From: Promethearchaeia archaeon
Lineage (GTDB): Archaea > Asgardarchaeota > Lokiarchaeia > Sigyniarchaeales > SOKP01
DNA length: 64,000 nucleotides
Assembly: GCA_029856155.1 (NCBI GenBank)
Contig: JAHQWL010000070.1
Location: 32,001-96,000 of the forward strand
Reading direction: 5' to 3'
Part shown: positions 39,657-49,879 of the stretch, piece after piece
How the letters are laid out: each line of letters opens with the position of its first letter
How positions within the stretch are numbered: the first letter of the stretch is position 1
Program-made: the position numbers and the translations under genes
Notes under the pieces: model-generated
Told to the model about the DNA's origin: nothing
Database searches by the model: none
What the model saw: the letters and a program-made list of their open reading frames with translations, nothing else

Positions 39657-42137
39657 TTAAGCATGTTTCGATTTATTTGAACTACCTATCTTCTCGATTC
39701 CCTTAATCCAACTATCCAACTGCTTTAATAATTTCTGTGTATTTGGTACGCGGCTTATCTGCTCAGAATATAGAGGATAATATAGATATAGACCATTGAG
39801 TAATTCAAGTAAAGATTTCTGGCTTTCTGTTTGACCTGATATGTCTTTTTTCAACTGAAAAAGAGATCTTTTTTCCTTCTTAGATTTTAAGGCTTTTAAA
39901 AAGTTTTTAGTAACAATTATTCTAAAAGCGGAATATTCTTCAGGTCTAAAGTTAAATAGAGAAAAATTCATGCTATAGTCTGCAAATGGTAAAAATAGTA
40001 TTCTTTTATCCTCTGGCTCATCTGGGTTATCAATTAAAGTAAATTCAATATCTCTTTTATCAAGTTCATCTAAAATTGGATATAATTCTCCTGGGTTGAT
40101 TTTTGTAGCTTGCTCAATTTGATTTGAAATTTCAGAAATAGGAAAATTAAATTCGGGAGTTTTTTCAGGATTTTCAATTCGATAAATATATTCTTTTCTT
40201 ATTATTTGCATAATTTGGCTTTCTAAATCTTCAGCAAGATTCTCTGCTGTAAAAGAAAATTGAGTTTCCTTTCTTTTTTGTTTGAAGAATTCACTATCTC
40301 TTTGTTTCTTGCTATAATCAGCTGAAAGTGATGAGATAAAACTATCTGTTGGCTGATCACCTTCTACTGTACCTAATCTACTAGTTTTAGTTTTCTTTTC
40401 TATAGCTGTTTCGTATAACCTTTCACTCAAATATCTCCTAGCTTTCTGATGAGCAACTTCCTTTTTCTCAAAACGCTCAGTTACGGAAACAAAATCAAGC
40501 ATTTTCACAGGTTTTCCTAAATCTTGCTTTTCCTCCCTTATTAGAATGTCCATGTCTTTCTTTACCAATGTATTTAGAAGTGCATAAACATTACTTTTTG
40601 ATAATTGAGTTGCTTTAATTAATTCTCGTTCAATTATTTCAATCGGATAAGCCTCGCCTCTTCGAATGTATTCACTTCTAATAATTTTATAGACCTTGTC
40701 TAGGCTTCTCTCCTCTTCACTAACAGTTTCTTTTTGTAATCTCATAAACATTGAAGTCTCGTGAGGTTTTATATAGTAAACTAATAGTGTGGTACCTAAG
40801 AAAAAAATCATAATTACTGAGATAATGTATTTATCCCACATTAAAATTACACCCACATCAGATATTATTTGATTTTGTATTTGATTTGCAAGAGAGAAAC
40901 GTGTCAATGTTTGAGCGAAAACACAAGCTAAACAAAATAAAATTAAGCCATCTTTTTTGAAGATAAGTATACGCCAACCAAGAGTTTTCCCTAGTTTCTT
41001 TACAATTCGATATAAAAAATACATTGATATGATAAATTCGAATAGAAAGATATATGAAACAGCAGACCCTGTTGCCCCAATTGTTGCTTTAAAAGCAGTG
41101 ATTGTCTCATCTTGAAGCAACATATACATACTGATTTGTAAAATTTGAAAGAAAAAGATAAAAAAAACAATCAAAGCAAAAGTTAAATTATCAAAAGTAC
41201 CCGCTCTTTTAGTTTCAGCTCGTCGTCTAGTAGATACATATTCAAAAATGATAAAAACTAATGTCATTACTAAACTAAAGTAAATCAAGGGCATAATTCT
41301 TGTCATTTCTAAATTATAAACTGCCACAGCACTGCTTGGATCACTACGTCCGAAAAATTCCAGAGATAAGATTACTAAAAAACTCCTGTAAAATAATGAG
41401 ATTACTACAAGCATAGCCAATATTATAAAAGGAATGATAATGGCTAAGAAATATCTTGGAATTGAATATTTCTTAATGAATCTGGCTTCTATTTTAGTTG
41501 AGAATTTTCTTGAATAAATATAAAACCGACTACTCAATAAGACTAACCAAATCATCGCTAGGCTTAATAAATAGCTCATAAAGTTGAGACTTGTCCCAAC
41601 ATATAGAAAAAGTATAAATAAAGATAAAATAAGACCACAATAAAATATTAATTGCTTAATTGCACTGTTTTTTTCAAAAATAAAGAGCCTAAACTTATCT
41701 ATACTAAGGAGAATGGATAAAATTAGAAAAAACGCCACAATTGTATTTGAAAATGCAAATGGATTACCAAATGTTAAGATATTAATCCAAGACCCTGGAA
41801 AATTAATTGCTGTAATTAAAACTAAAGAATAAAAAATGAATATTGCATATAATCCAAAAAATTTCTTTTCAAAAGAATATGATTTTGGCTCTTGACCATT
41901 AATATACACTTCTTGATGGATAATTTTATCATAAAAACTAGATTTCATTTTAGATTTTAAAGCACCTAAATTTGCCCTTTTTCGTGAAGAAAAGTCTTTA
42001 ACCTTCTTTTTTGCCCCTATTTTCCCCCGTTTTGAGGTTTTTGGTAATTTTAATACTTTAAATTTCTCTTGTTTTTTCTTGGTTTCTTCTTCAGAATCAT
42101 TTGACTTTTTTGAAGAATTAGATTGCTTTCCAGACAT
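39657..42137 (-). CDS. Large multi-pass membrane protein with duplicated soluble C-terminal domain
   Basis: Lys-rich N-terminus, about 10 hydrophobic segments, about 370 aa soluble tail with an internal repeat. Confidence 0.8.
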   Translation of the reverse strand: MSGKQSNSSKKSNDSEEETKKKQEKFKVLKLPKTSKRGKIGAKKKVKDFSSRKRANLGALKSKMKSSFYDKIIHQEVYINGQEPKSYSFEKKFFGLYAIFIFYSLVLITAINFPGSWINILTFGNPFAFSNTIVAFFLILSILLSIDKFRLFIFEKNSAIKQLIFYCGLILSLFILFLYVGTSLNFMSYLLSLAMIWLVLLSSRFYIYSRKFSTKIEARFIKKYSIPRYFLAIIIPFIILAMLVVISLFYRSFLVILSLEFFGRSDPSSAVAVYNLEMTRIMPLIYFSLVMTLVFIIFEYVSTRRRAETKRAGTFDNLTFALIVFFIFFFQILQISMYMLLQDETITAFKATIGATGSAVSYIFLFEFIISMYFLYRIVKKLGKTLGWRILIFKKDGLILFCLACVFAQTLTRFSLANQIQNQIISDVGVILMWDKYIISVIMIFFLGTTLLVYYIKPHETSMFMRLQKETVSEEERSLDKVYKIIRSEYIRRGEAYPIEIIERELIKATQLSKSNVYALLNTLVKKDMDILIREEKQDLGKPVKMLDFVSVTERFEKKEVAHQKARRYLSERLYETAIEKKTKTSRLGTVEGDQPTDSFISSLSADYSKKQRDSEFFKQKRKETQFSFTAENLAEDLESQIMQIIRKEYIYRIENPEKTPEFNFPISEISNQIEQATKINPGELYPILDELDKRDIEFTLIDNPDEPEDKRILFLPFADYSMNFSLFNFRPEEYSAFRIIVTKNFLKALKSKKEKRSLFQLKKDISGQTESQKSLLELLNGLYLYYPLYSEQISRVPNTQKLLKQLDSWIKGIEKIGSSNKSKHA

Positions 42138-42273
42138 TATATAAATAAATCTTTTTTATTCATATAAACCTAATTGTAATATAAAATTGAAAACTAATGG
42201 TACTATATTTAGTAAAGTATAAGTTCTATATACAAATTTTAAAAATATTCCAATATAAATTTAAATATAGTTA

Positions 42274-42570
42274 ATGCATTTTAGTATTGTGAAAATGGAA
42301 AGAAAAGTTGAAAACAGAGAAAGCCTTTTAAAGTTAATCAAAAAAGCTATTGAATTGCTTGCCGAGAAAAATGTATCTCAAACAGTGATTTTATCTTCTT
42401 ATAAGATTAACTCCGTTTTAAAAGAAAATTACGGCATAAATATAAAAGTTGATAAAATTGGTAGAATTCTGAGTAAAATAGCTAAGTTAAATGAATTAAA
42501 AAGGCTTAATACTAACATCCCGAAATATAAATTACAAATCTCTAAGGTTTCGAGTTTAGAATTCTTTTAA
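42274..42570 (+). CDS. Small basic protein, winged-helix-like
   Basis: 98 aa, Lys-rich; SSYKINSVLKE.YG..IKVDKIGRILSK...PKYKL. Confidence 0.6.
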   Translation: MHFSIVKMERKVENRESLLKLIKKAIELLAEKNVSQTVILSSYKINSVLKENYGINIKVDKIGRILSKIAKLNELKRLNTNIPKYKLQISKVSSLEFF

Positions 42571-42572
42571 GT

Positions 42573-43979
42573 TTACCTTTCACCTAAATTTCGAAACGTA
42601 GTAATTGTTTTTTGAAGTTTCTCAATTAAAACTTTTATTTCTGAGTTAAATTCTTTGAATGGTTCCAACTCCGTGTTCATTTTTTCGATTTTGTCCTCAA
42701 GATTTGTTTGAAATGAAGTATTAGAATTTTCAAACTTTTTTTCAGTATTTTGAGCTAAAGAATTTACTTGATTATTAGTAATTATTAATTCAGATTGAAG
42801 TTTTTTTATTAATTTTTCGATTTGTGAATTTATTTGCATAGATTCTTCAACCTTTCCAGATATAGAACTACCTACCAGTTCCATCTCATTTTTAATATTT
42901 GATATGTAATCTTCGATGAGATTGTTTAGACTATCAATAAGAATGTTCTTAGTAGTAGAGATCTCTGTTATGAATTCTTTATTATTTTCAATTCGAGCAT
43001 TAATATAATTAGATACACTTTTTTTAAACTCAGTTCCCGTTTCATTCAATGTCATATTGAACCAATTGGCAACTTTATTTATTCCAGATGATATTGCTTC
43101 CTTCATTTTATTTATTGACTTACTAATATATTCAGTTCCTTTAGAGGTTCCTAGATTTACATCTTTAATCCAATCTCCAATTTGAGTTTTGGTAATATTT
43201 ATGAACATCTCTGAGAGTTTTTCTGTTCCTTGTTGAAAACCTAAAACGATTGAGGTTAATTCAGGATTTTCTACAATTTCCTCTTGAACTTTCTGTGTTT
43301 CTTCTGTTTTTGGAATTTCTTGTAATTCTCCGAGAGGCTGTTCAGCAAATTCATTTATTTCCTTAATAAGAATAGGATCTTTTTTCTGAAAATCCTCTGA
43401 AAATTTTTGAACCCACTTAAAATACTCTAATGAGTTTGGAATTTCAATTTTAAATGGTACAGTATGATATTTATCAACTTTAGTATAATCATCTAATCTA
43501 TAAATTTCAAATCCAAGATTCCCATCCTTCCCCATGAGTGCATGATCAAACACTATACTAAAACCATAAGGAAATTCTTCCTTTTGGAAATATTGTAAAT
43601 TTACTACATCACTCTCACTGAGATATAAACCCCAAGAAGGGTGAGAATGGTAATAGCCTATTAAAGTAGATGAATATTTTTTACCGATCTCAGTAAACAA
43701 ATCATAAGCATCTTTATCAAATCCAATTTCTGCTTTATCTCCATGAATTAGAGGAACGGCATTTTCTACAATGACCTTTTCTTCGATATTATCATATTTT
43801 CCTATACAGATCCCCATTACTTCTATGCTTTGTTCTAATTTATCACTACCAAAACGTAGAACATGTGTTAGCATGTTTCTAAAAGCTTCCTTCTTAATAA
43901 ATAAATCTCCCTTTTCAGATTTACTTGAACCTTTAAAACTTTTTTGATCCGTATTTTGATTAGATTTTTTTTCAACCAT
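42573..43979 (-). CDS. JAMM/MPN+ metalloprotease with long helical C-terminus
   Basis: EVMGICIG, GYYHSHPSWGLYLSESD, IVFDH. Confidence 0.85.
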   Translation of the reverse strand: MVEKKSNQNTDQKSFKGSSKSEKGDLFIKKEAFRNMLTHVLRFGSDKLEQSIEVMGICIGKYDNIEEKVIVENAVPLIHGDKAEIGFDKDAYDLFTEIGKKYSSTLIGYYHSHPSWGLYLSESDVVNLQYFQKEEFPYGFSIVFDHALMGKDGNLGFEIYRLDDYTKVDKYHTVPFKIEIPNSLEYFKWVQKFSEDFQKKDPILIKEINEFAEQPLGELQEIPKTEETQKVQEEIVENPELTSIVLGFQQGTEKLSEMFINITKTQIGDWIKDVNLGTSKGTEYISKSINKMKEAISSGINKVANWFNMTLNETGTEFKKSVSNYINARIENNKEFITEISTTKNILIDSLNNLIEDYISNIKNEMELVGSSISGKVEESMQINSQIEKLIKKLQSELIITNNQVNSLAQNTEKKFENSNTSFQTNLEDKIEKMNTELEPFKEFNSEIKVLIEKLQKTITTFRNLGER

Positions 43980-43985
43980 TTTCAC

Positions 43986-45464
43986 TCAACCCTCTCCTTT
44001 TTCTAACTTTTTTATCGTTGCTAATAAATCTTGCTTTTCTTTTCTTAAATCTGTGAGATCTTTTTGAAGTGCCCTGATTTCAACTTTTTGTGTATCAATT
44101 TTGTTTTGTAATGGTGTTTTTGAGCTCTCTAATAATATTATAGCAGCTTTTAGATCTGATAGAAAGCTCTTAGATTCTCTATTTAAATTGATAAAATTCC
44201 CTATAATTTTATTAACATTTTTTGTAAATATTCCAGATATATCTTCTATGACATTGTCAAATTTTTCTGGGATTATGTTTTCTATTGAATTGAGGGTTTT
44301 AGATAAATTTTTTATATTATCACTTTGCCCAACCAAACTTTTAGAAGATTCTAGAACTAAATTATTTATCGTAGTTAATTTATCTTTTTGGTTATTAAAT
44401 TGATTTATAATATTATTGACATTTTCCTTTAATTTTTCTTCAACCATAGATTTAAATTGTTCATTAAGTTCAGTCTTGATATTATCAAATAGATCTTTAA
44501 AGTGTTTTTGATCAGAATCAAATTCTTCAAATTTATCATCAATGTACATGTCCAATTCATTTAATTTTTCCTTTAAAGAAAATTTAAAATTTTTTTGAAG
44601 ATTAGAAATACCCTCGCTTAACTTGTCTTTGATTGTAATCACATCTTTTCTTATTTGCAGATTATTCTTAACAGTAGTATTTATTAAATTTTCACTCCAA
44701 GAATTAAGAAATTTGATAAATGGTACAGTAACAACTTCTAATAACTTTGTAAATTCTATATTGAGTTCAGATAAGATCTTTGCAGAATCCAATTCTGGTT
44801 TCTTTGCAAAAATTTGATTTTCACTTGGAAATGCAATATCTCCAAAAAAATCGGGCATTTCATTAATTTCTAGTATGGGCGGTTCTTTTGAATGAACACT
44901 ATTTATTAAATCGATTAATTTTACATAAAATTCAATACTATCAGGAGGTATTACAGTTGCTTTTACCTCGTGATAACCTGACATTTGACCCTTAGCAGGA
45001 TTATCTAATCGAAATGTACGAAATCCTAAATCTCCCGGTTTTTCTAAATAAACATGGTCAAAAACAATTCCTATTGCGCTAGGGTTTGGAGTCTGCCAAC
45101 CAAGTTGATTACGTATATCTGTTGAAGAAAAGAAAATATCCAATCCTGGGTGAGAATGGTACCACCCACAACTAAACCAGTTTTTTTCAGCATAAGCAGC
45201 ATCAACCATAGAAAATGTGACATAATCTTCTGGGGCAAACGCAACTTCTATTGCACCACCATGTGAAATAGGAACAACATCTTCAATTATAACATCTCTA
45301 ATTCCCTTCTTATCAGGTTCACCTTCACCTAAGGACCCTATAAGCATTCCCATTACTTCACGGTACTGCCTTTTATCTCTTTCTTTATTTCCAAAACGAA
45401 GGACATGTAGTAGCATTTTATAATAAGCTTCTGGTTTAATAATAACAGTTTTTTCAGAAGTCAT
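43986..45464 (-). CDS. JAMM/MPN+ metalloprotease (Rpn11/CSN5-like) with long helical C-terminus
   Basis: AYYKMLLH, EVMGMLIG, GWYHSHPGLDIFFSSTDIRNQ, IGIVFD. Confidence 0.88.
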   Translation of the reverse strand: MTSEKTVIIKPEAYYKMLLHVLRFGNKERDKRQYREVMGMLIGSLGEGEPDKKGIRDVIIEDVVPISHGGAIEVAFAPEDYVTFSMVDAAYAEKNWFSCGWYHSHPGLDIFFSSTDIRNQLGWQTPNPSAIGIVFDHVYLEKPGDLGFRTFRLDNPAKGQMSGYHEVKATVIPPDSIEFYVKLIDLINSVHSKEPPILEINEMPDFFGDIAFPSENQIFAKKPELDSAKILSELNIEFTKLLEVVTVPFIKFLNSWSENLINTTVKNNLQIRKDVITIKDKLSEGISNLQKNFKFSLKEKLNELDMYIDDKFEEFDSDQKHFKDLFDNIKTELNEQFKSMVEEKLKENVNNIINQFNNQKDKLTTINNLVLESSKSLVGQSDNIKNLSKTLNSIENIIPEKFDNVIEDISGIFTKNVNKIIGNFINLNRESKSFLSDLKAAIILLESSKTPLQNKIDTQKVEIRALQKDLTDLRKEKQDLLATIKKLEKGEG

Positions 45465-45690
45465 TGTTCATCACGTTTTATGTTTTAGATTTAGTTTGTT
45501 AATGATCTATATATAGTTTAATTTGTTTTAAATATTTGAATAAAAAATTGAAAATTAAAACTGAACTTTTAATTTATTCTGTATTTTGTTTTCTTTTTCA
45601 GAGTAAACTCTAATTCTCTTTCCTTATTCTCTTATCATTATTAAATCAAATAAAAAATAAAAGCAGAATTAAATGTAATTTACTAAATCA

Positions 45691-46347
45691 TTAATCATGA
45701 GGTAATGGCTTACCACAGAAAGGACAGAATCGGAAATCTAAATCTTTACCACAATGTGGACAAAAAGAACCCTCTGTTCCTACTGGTGCTTTTTCCTCAA
45801 CACCTTCTTTTGGTATTGAAGGTAACTGTCTTTTAGTTTTAAGAGTTATAGCAGATGAGGCAGCACTAGGAGTTACTTCTTGTCTTGCCTTCACTCTTTC
45901 CTTAAAAGCTTGTCTTCGTTCTTCCTCAAGTTCTTCTTGTGTTTTAGTACCTTCTGTTTTTACCCATCCTTGAACTTTGGGTCTTTTTAATTCACTTTCG
46001 GGAACCCTTTCCAATTCTACTTCTTTAGTTTCTGAAATTGGAGCAACTAATTTTCTCTCATCCTTCTTCTGTAGGGCTTGTTTTACAAGAGCTTGAGTTG
46101 TTTTCATTACTTGATGGGGATTAATATTAGGAATCGCTACAGTTCTAAGAACCCAACCTACAATAAGATTTTGATTTGGAAAATCGCCTTCGACATCTTC
46201 ATCTTTAAAAACATAAGAATCAATAATATCTTTTCCTTTTAACATGCGAACAGCCCATTTCTCATTAATTAAACCTAATTGTAGTCTGTAAGATGTTCCA
46301 GGTACGCCAAGCTGGCTCGTTAATGGTTCGAATCCTCTCTCTGTCAC
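45691..46347 (-). CDS. Hypothetical protein with C-terminal double zinc ribbon
   Basis: FCPHCGKDLDFRFCPFCGKP; charged linker. Confidence 0.8.
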   Translation of the reverse strand: MTERGFEPLTSQLGVPGTSYRLQLGLINEKWAVRMLKGKDIIDSYVFKDEDVEGDFPNQNLIVGWVLRTVAIPNINPHQVMKTTQALVKQALQKKDERKLVAPISETKEVELERVPESELKRPKVQGWVKTEGTKTQEELEEERRQAFKERVKARQEVTPSAASSAITLKTKRQLPSIPKEGVEEKAPVGTEGSFCPHCGKDLDFRFCPFCGKPLPHD

Positions 46348-46556
46348 TTCAAATCACTTTTTTTCCATAAATTATATGATTTCAGTAATATAATAATGAT
46401 AAATTTTGAATTTATATTATTTTTTATTTATAGTAAAAATTGGTTTTAAAGATAAAAATTTTTTTCGGATAAATTAGAGATTAAAAACACATAAATACAA
46501 AAAATTGTATTAATTTGTAAAAAGCATCCTTAAAAAAAATGTAAAGTGTTTTTAAC

Positions 46557-47507
46557 ATGGTCGTTATAATCCCAAAGAAAGAATATTTAACTTTTGTCGC
46601 TGCTGCTGTTAGATACGCTAATGCACGTATTCCTAAGGATGATTGGTTAGAAGTTAGTGGGGTTTTTATAGGTAAAAATGAGGGTGATAATGTCAGAATT
46701 ACCACTACTTATCCAATCATGCACCAAGAGTTAGATAAAGATGCTGTAATTGATCAATATAAATGGTCTGATGAAGATTATATTGCTCTTAGTATAATTG
46801 ATGACGAAGCATTTTCAGAAGGAGAATTTACAGTAGGATGGTGGCATTCACATCCGGGATTTAAGGTAATGATGTCTCATATTGATATCCGAACAACCCT
46901 ATCTTATCAGCAAAATAATCCTTTAGCTATTTCACTTGTATTTAACCCTACGAGATTAATACGTCAAATTGAAGTAGCTAACAAGAAAGGAGATCCCGAT
47001 AAACAGTTAAAAAATGATCCTGGTTTTAAAATTTATCGGTTAGATGATACAAATCAAGGATTAGAAGCATCTTATCACACTGTAGAGTATATAATAGAAG
47101 GGTATGAAAGTATGGAGCAGTTAATTACTCAAACTCAGAAATTTATTGTTGATGTAACTATTTTTTTCCCAAAGGATAATGTTCCGCAAACTTATGAAAA
47201 ATTCGTTGACGATCGAATAACTCAACTGAATTCAATATTCCTTGGTACTGAAGAATATTTAACTACATTGACCAATCGTGGTGAAAAACAAAGGATCCCA
47301 GAAGTTTTAGAAAATCAAAGCAAAGAAATTAGGAAATTTGTAGCTGAAACTATTATTAAGATAGAAAATGTTAAGGAATTCATGAATTATTTAGAATATA
47401 AAGAAAGAGAAACAATAATTCCACAAATCAAGACTATAATAAACAAGTGGGATGAACAGGTTGCTGAATTAGATAAGAAAATAAAACAACTGAAGAAGAA
47501 ATTTTAA
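46557..47507 (+). CDS. JAMM/MPN+ metalloprotease with helical C-terminus
   Basis: EVSGVFIG, GWWHSHPGFKVMMSHID, ISLVFNP. Confidence 0.85.
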   Translation: MVVIIPKKEYLTFVAAAVRYANARIPKDDWLEVSGVFIGKNEGDNVRITTTYPIMHQELDKDAVIDQYKWSDEDYIALSIIDDEAFSEGEFTVGWWHSHPGFKVMMSHIDIRTTLSYQQNNPLAISLVFNPTRLIRQIEVANKKGDPDKQLKNDPGFKIYRLDDTNQGLEASYHTVEYIIEGYESMEQLITQTQKFIVDVTIFFPKDNVPQTYEKFVDDRITQLNSIFLGTEEYLTTLTNRGEKQRIPEVLENQSKEIRKFVAETIIKIENVKEFMNYLEYKERETIIPQIKTIINKWDEQVAELDKKIKQLKKKF

Positions 47508-47631
47508 CTCTAATAATTTTCATCTTATTTTTAGTTTTGATAAATTTTTATTTGATTACGCTTTTTCTTGATTAACTACACGATTATTTTAAAAAAAAAT
47601 ATCAGAGAAATTTTAGTATATAGTCATTATC

Positions 47632-49836
47632 ATGAGAAAAATTAATTTTCCTTTTACAGCGATTCTTGGTCAAGAGAAAATGAAAATGGGGTTAATCTTG
47701 AACGTAATTGACCCTCAAATAGGTGGGATCTTGTTAACTGGCCAACAAGGTACTGGAAAAAGTACCGCTGTAAGATCTCTCGTAGAACTGATGCCTCAAA
47801 TTGAAATTGTTGCGGGTTGTGAATTTTCATGTGACCCTAATTCAGATATTGATGATTTATGCCAAAATTGTATAGGAAAAAAGGAAAATGAGCAAATAGT
47901 CGCAGAATTGCGTGATATGTGGCTTGTAAATCTACCTTTAGGAGTCACAGAAGATATGGTTTGTGGAAGTCTATCAATAGATAAGGTATTAACTGAGGGA
48001 ATAAGAGCTTTACACCCTGGATTACTCGCGAAAGCAAATAGAGGTATTTTATATGTAGATGAAATTAATTTACTCCAAGATCATATAGTTGATGTTCTTT
48101 TAGATTCTGCAGCGTCAGGGGTAAATATCATAGAAAGAGAAGGAATCTCTATATCTCATCCTTCAAGATTCGTTCTGGTTGGTTCAATGAATCCAGAAGA
48201 AGGTGATTTAAGGCCACAAATAGCAGATCGCTTAGGATTAGAAGTTAGAATTAAAGCCCCTAGAGACTCAGAATTAAGAGCAGAAATAACTAAAAGGGTT
48301 ATAGAATTTGATGATCATCCAAAAGAATTTATTAAAAATTTTGAAGATGAACAAGAAAAATTAAGACAACAAATCCTTAATGCTCGTGATATTTTAAAGG
48401 AAGTTCAAATCCCTAGTTCTGTATATGAATTTGTATCTAAAATTGTAAATGAGTTAGAAATCTTTTCTCAAAGAGCAGATATTACGTTTATTCGATGTGC
48501 GAGAGCTCATGCTGCTTTAAATGGTAGAAAGGATATAGTTGAAGAAGATCTTAATGTAGCTATGGATCTAGTATTCGAACATAGAATTCAATCACTTCAT
48601 TATGAAATGACACCGATAGAAATAAAAGCAAAAATAGCTGAAGTATATGGCAAAATAAGAGAGGCTTATGAAAATACAAAAGTACTCCAACCTAATAGAG
48701 AAACAGAAGGCCCTTTAAAGCATTCAGATGAACATCAAAAAGAGTTCAAACGTCAATCTGTTGATCCAGATAAAGTTGATATTCCTGAGACAAGAGAACA
48801 AAAACTACCCCCGCCAAAATATCCCGATGATAAAAGAAGAAATCCTAAACCAGCGGGAGGGTGGAAGGTAAAAAATATTCCTCATATTGATGATCTTAAA
48901 TTTTTCCAAGCTAAAAATGGAACGATACCTTTTATCTATAAAATGGAAAAAAAAATGACTTCAATTCTAGATAGTATTAGAAAAGACAGGAAAATTACGG
49001 ATTATGGTGGAAGAGGAATAGGGCGTCGGATTAAAATATCTTCTTCTCAAAAAGGGAGGTATGTATCATACAGGACACCTATTCGTGAAGAACCAAGAAG
49101 TATCGCTTTAGACGCCACAATTAGGAATTATTTAAAAAATGTTGAGTATAATGAAACTGTAATAGATTTTCCTATACACTTTAATAAGTATGATCTGATG
49201 GATAAAATCTATGAATATCGGGCCCCTTTGGTTATGTTTTTCGTATTAGATAGTTCAGCCTCGATGTACTACGTAATAAAACAAATGACCGATGTAATAT
49301 TATCTCTACACCAAGAAGGATACAGAAAGAGAGATAAAATAGCTCTAATTATATTTCGAGGTAAGGATGCTGTTGTTTTACAAAAACCTACAGTAAATTT
49401 TAAGATGGCGGTAAATAAATTGAAAAAAATAGAAGGAAAGTCTTATACGCCTATGGCTGCGGCATTGAAAAAGGTTTCAGAACTTATTAGAATTGAGCAA
49501 CTAAAAAATCGGCAATCAGTTCCAGTAGCTTTCATTTTATCTGATTGTGGTGCTAATATCTCCGTTAAATATCCGGATTTAATTGCCCAAATCGAAACGG
49601 ATTATACTTTAATTACGCATGAATTAAAAGAATTAACAAAAAAATTATCAAAACAAAAAATACATATGGTAGTTCTGGAACCAAGAAAATCTTATGCAAC
49701 ACACGCTCTTGGAGTACACACATATTCGGCAGATAAAATTAAAAGGAATTTTAAAAAATATGGGAATGCTGAAATTTTTAAATTTAATAAGTATGATCCT
49801 AAATCCTTAATCTTAGAATTGAAAAAAATGCTATAA
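47632..49836 (+). CDS. ChlI/ChlD-like (Mg/Co chelatase-type) AAA+ ATPase fused to vWA
   Basis: FPFTAILGQ, GQQGTGKST, PGLLAKANRGILYVDEINLL, MNPEEG; MIDAS VLDSSASM. Confidence 0.88.
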   Translation: MRKINFPFTAILGQEKMKMGLILNVIDPQIGGILLTGQQGTGKSTAVRSLVELMPQIEIVAGCEFSCDPNSDIDDLCQNCIGKKENEQIVAELRDMWLVNLPLGVTEDMVCGSLSIDKVLTEGIRALHPGLLAKANRGILYVDEINLLQDHIVDVLLDSAASGVNIIEREGISISHPSRFVLVGSMNPEEGDLRPQIADRLGLEVRIKAPRDSELRAEITKRVIEFDDHPKEFIKNFEDEQEKLRQQILNARDILKEVQIPSSVYEFVSKIVNELEIFSQRADITFIRCARAHAALNGRKDIVEEDLNVAMDLVFEHRIQSLHYEMTPIEIKAKIAEVYGKIREAYENTKVLQPNRETEGPLKHSDEHQKEFKRQSVDPDKVDIPETREQKLPPPKYPDDKRRNPKPAGGWKVKNIPHIDDLKFFQAKNGTIPFIYKMEKKMTSILDSIRKDRKITDYGGRGIGRRIKISSSQKGRYVSYRTPIREEPRSIALDATIRNYLKNVEYNETVIDFPIHFNKYDLMDKIYEYRAPLVMFFVLDSSASMYYVIKQMTDVILSLHQEGYRKRDKIALIIFRGKDAVVLQKPTVNFKMAVNKLKKIEGKSYTPMAAALKKVSELIRIEQLKNRQSVPVAFILSDCGANISVKYPDLIAQIETDYTLITHELKELTKKLSKQKIHMVVLEPRKSYATHALGVHTYSADKIKRNFKKYGNAEIFKFNKYDPKSLILELKKML

Positions 49837-49879
49837 TTATTAAAAATTGCTTTAATGTTTCATTTTTATTTATTATATA

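Noticed and set aside
42573-47507. JAMM genes as a CBASS/Bil-type defence system or ESCRT operon
   Set aside because: No cyclase, E1, E2, ubiquitin-like, Vps4 or ESCRT-III genes nearby; defence JABs lack such long helical tails
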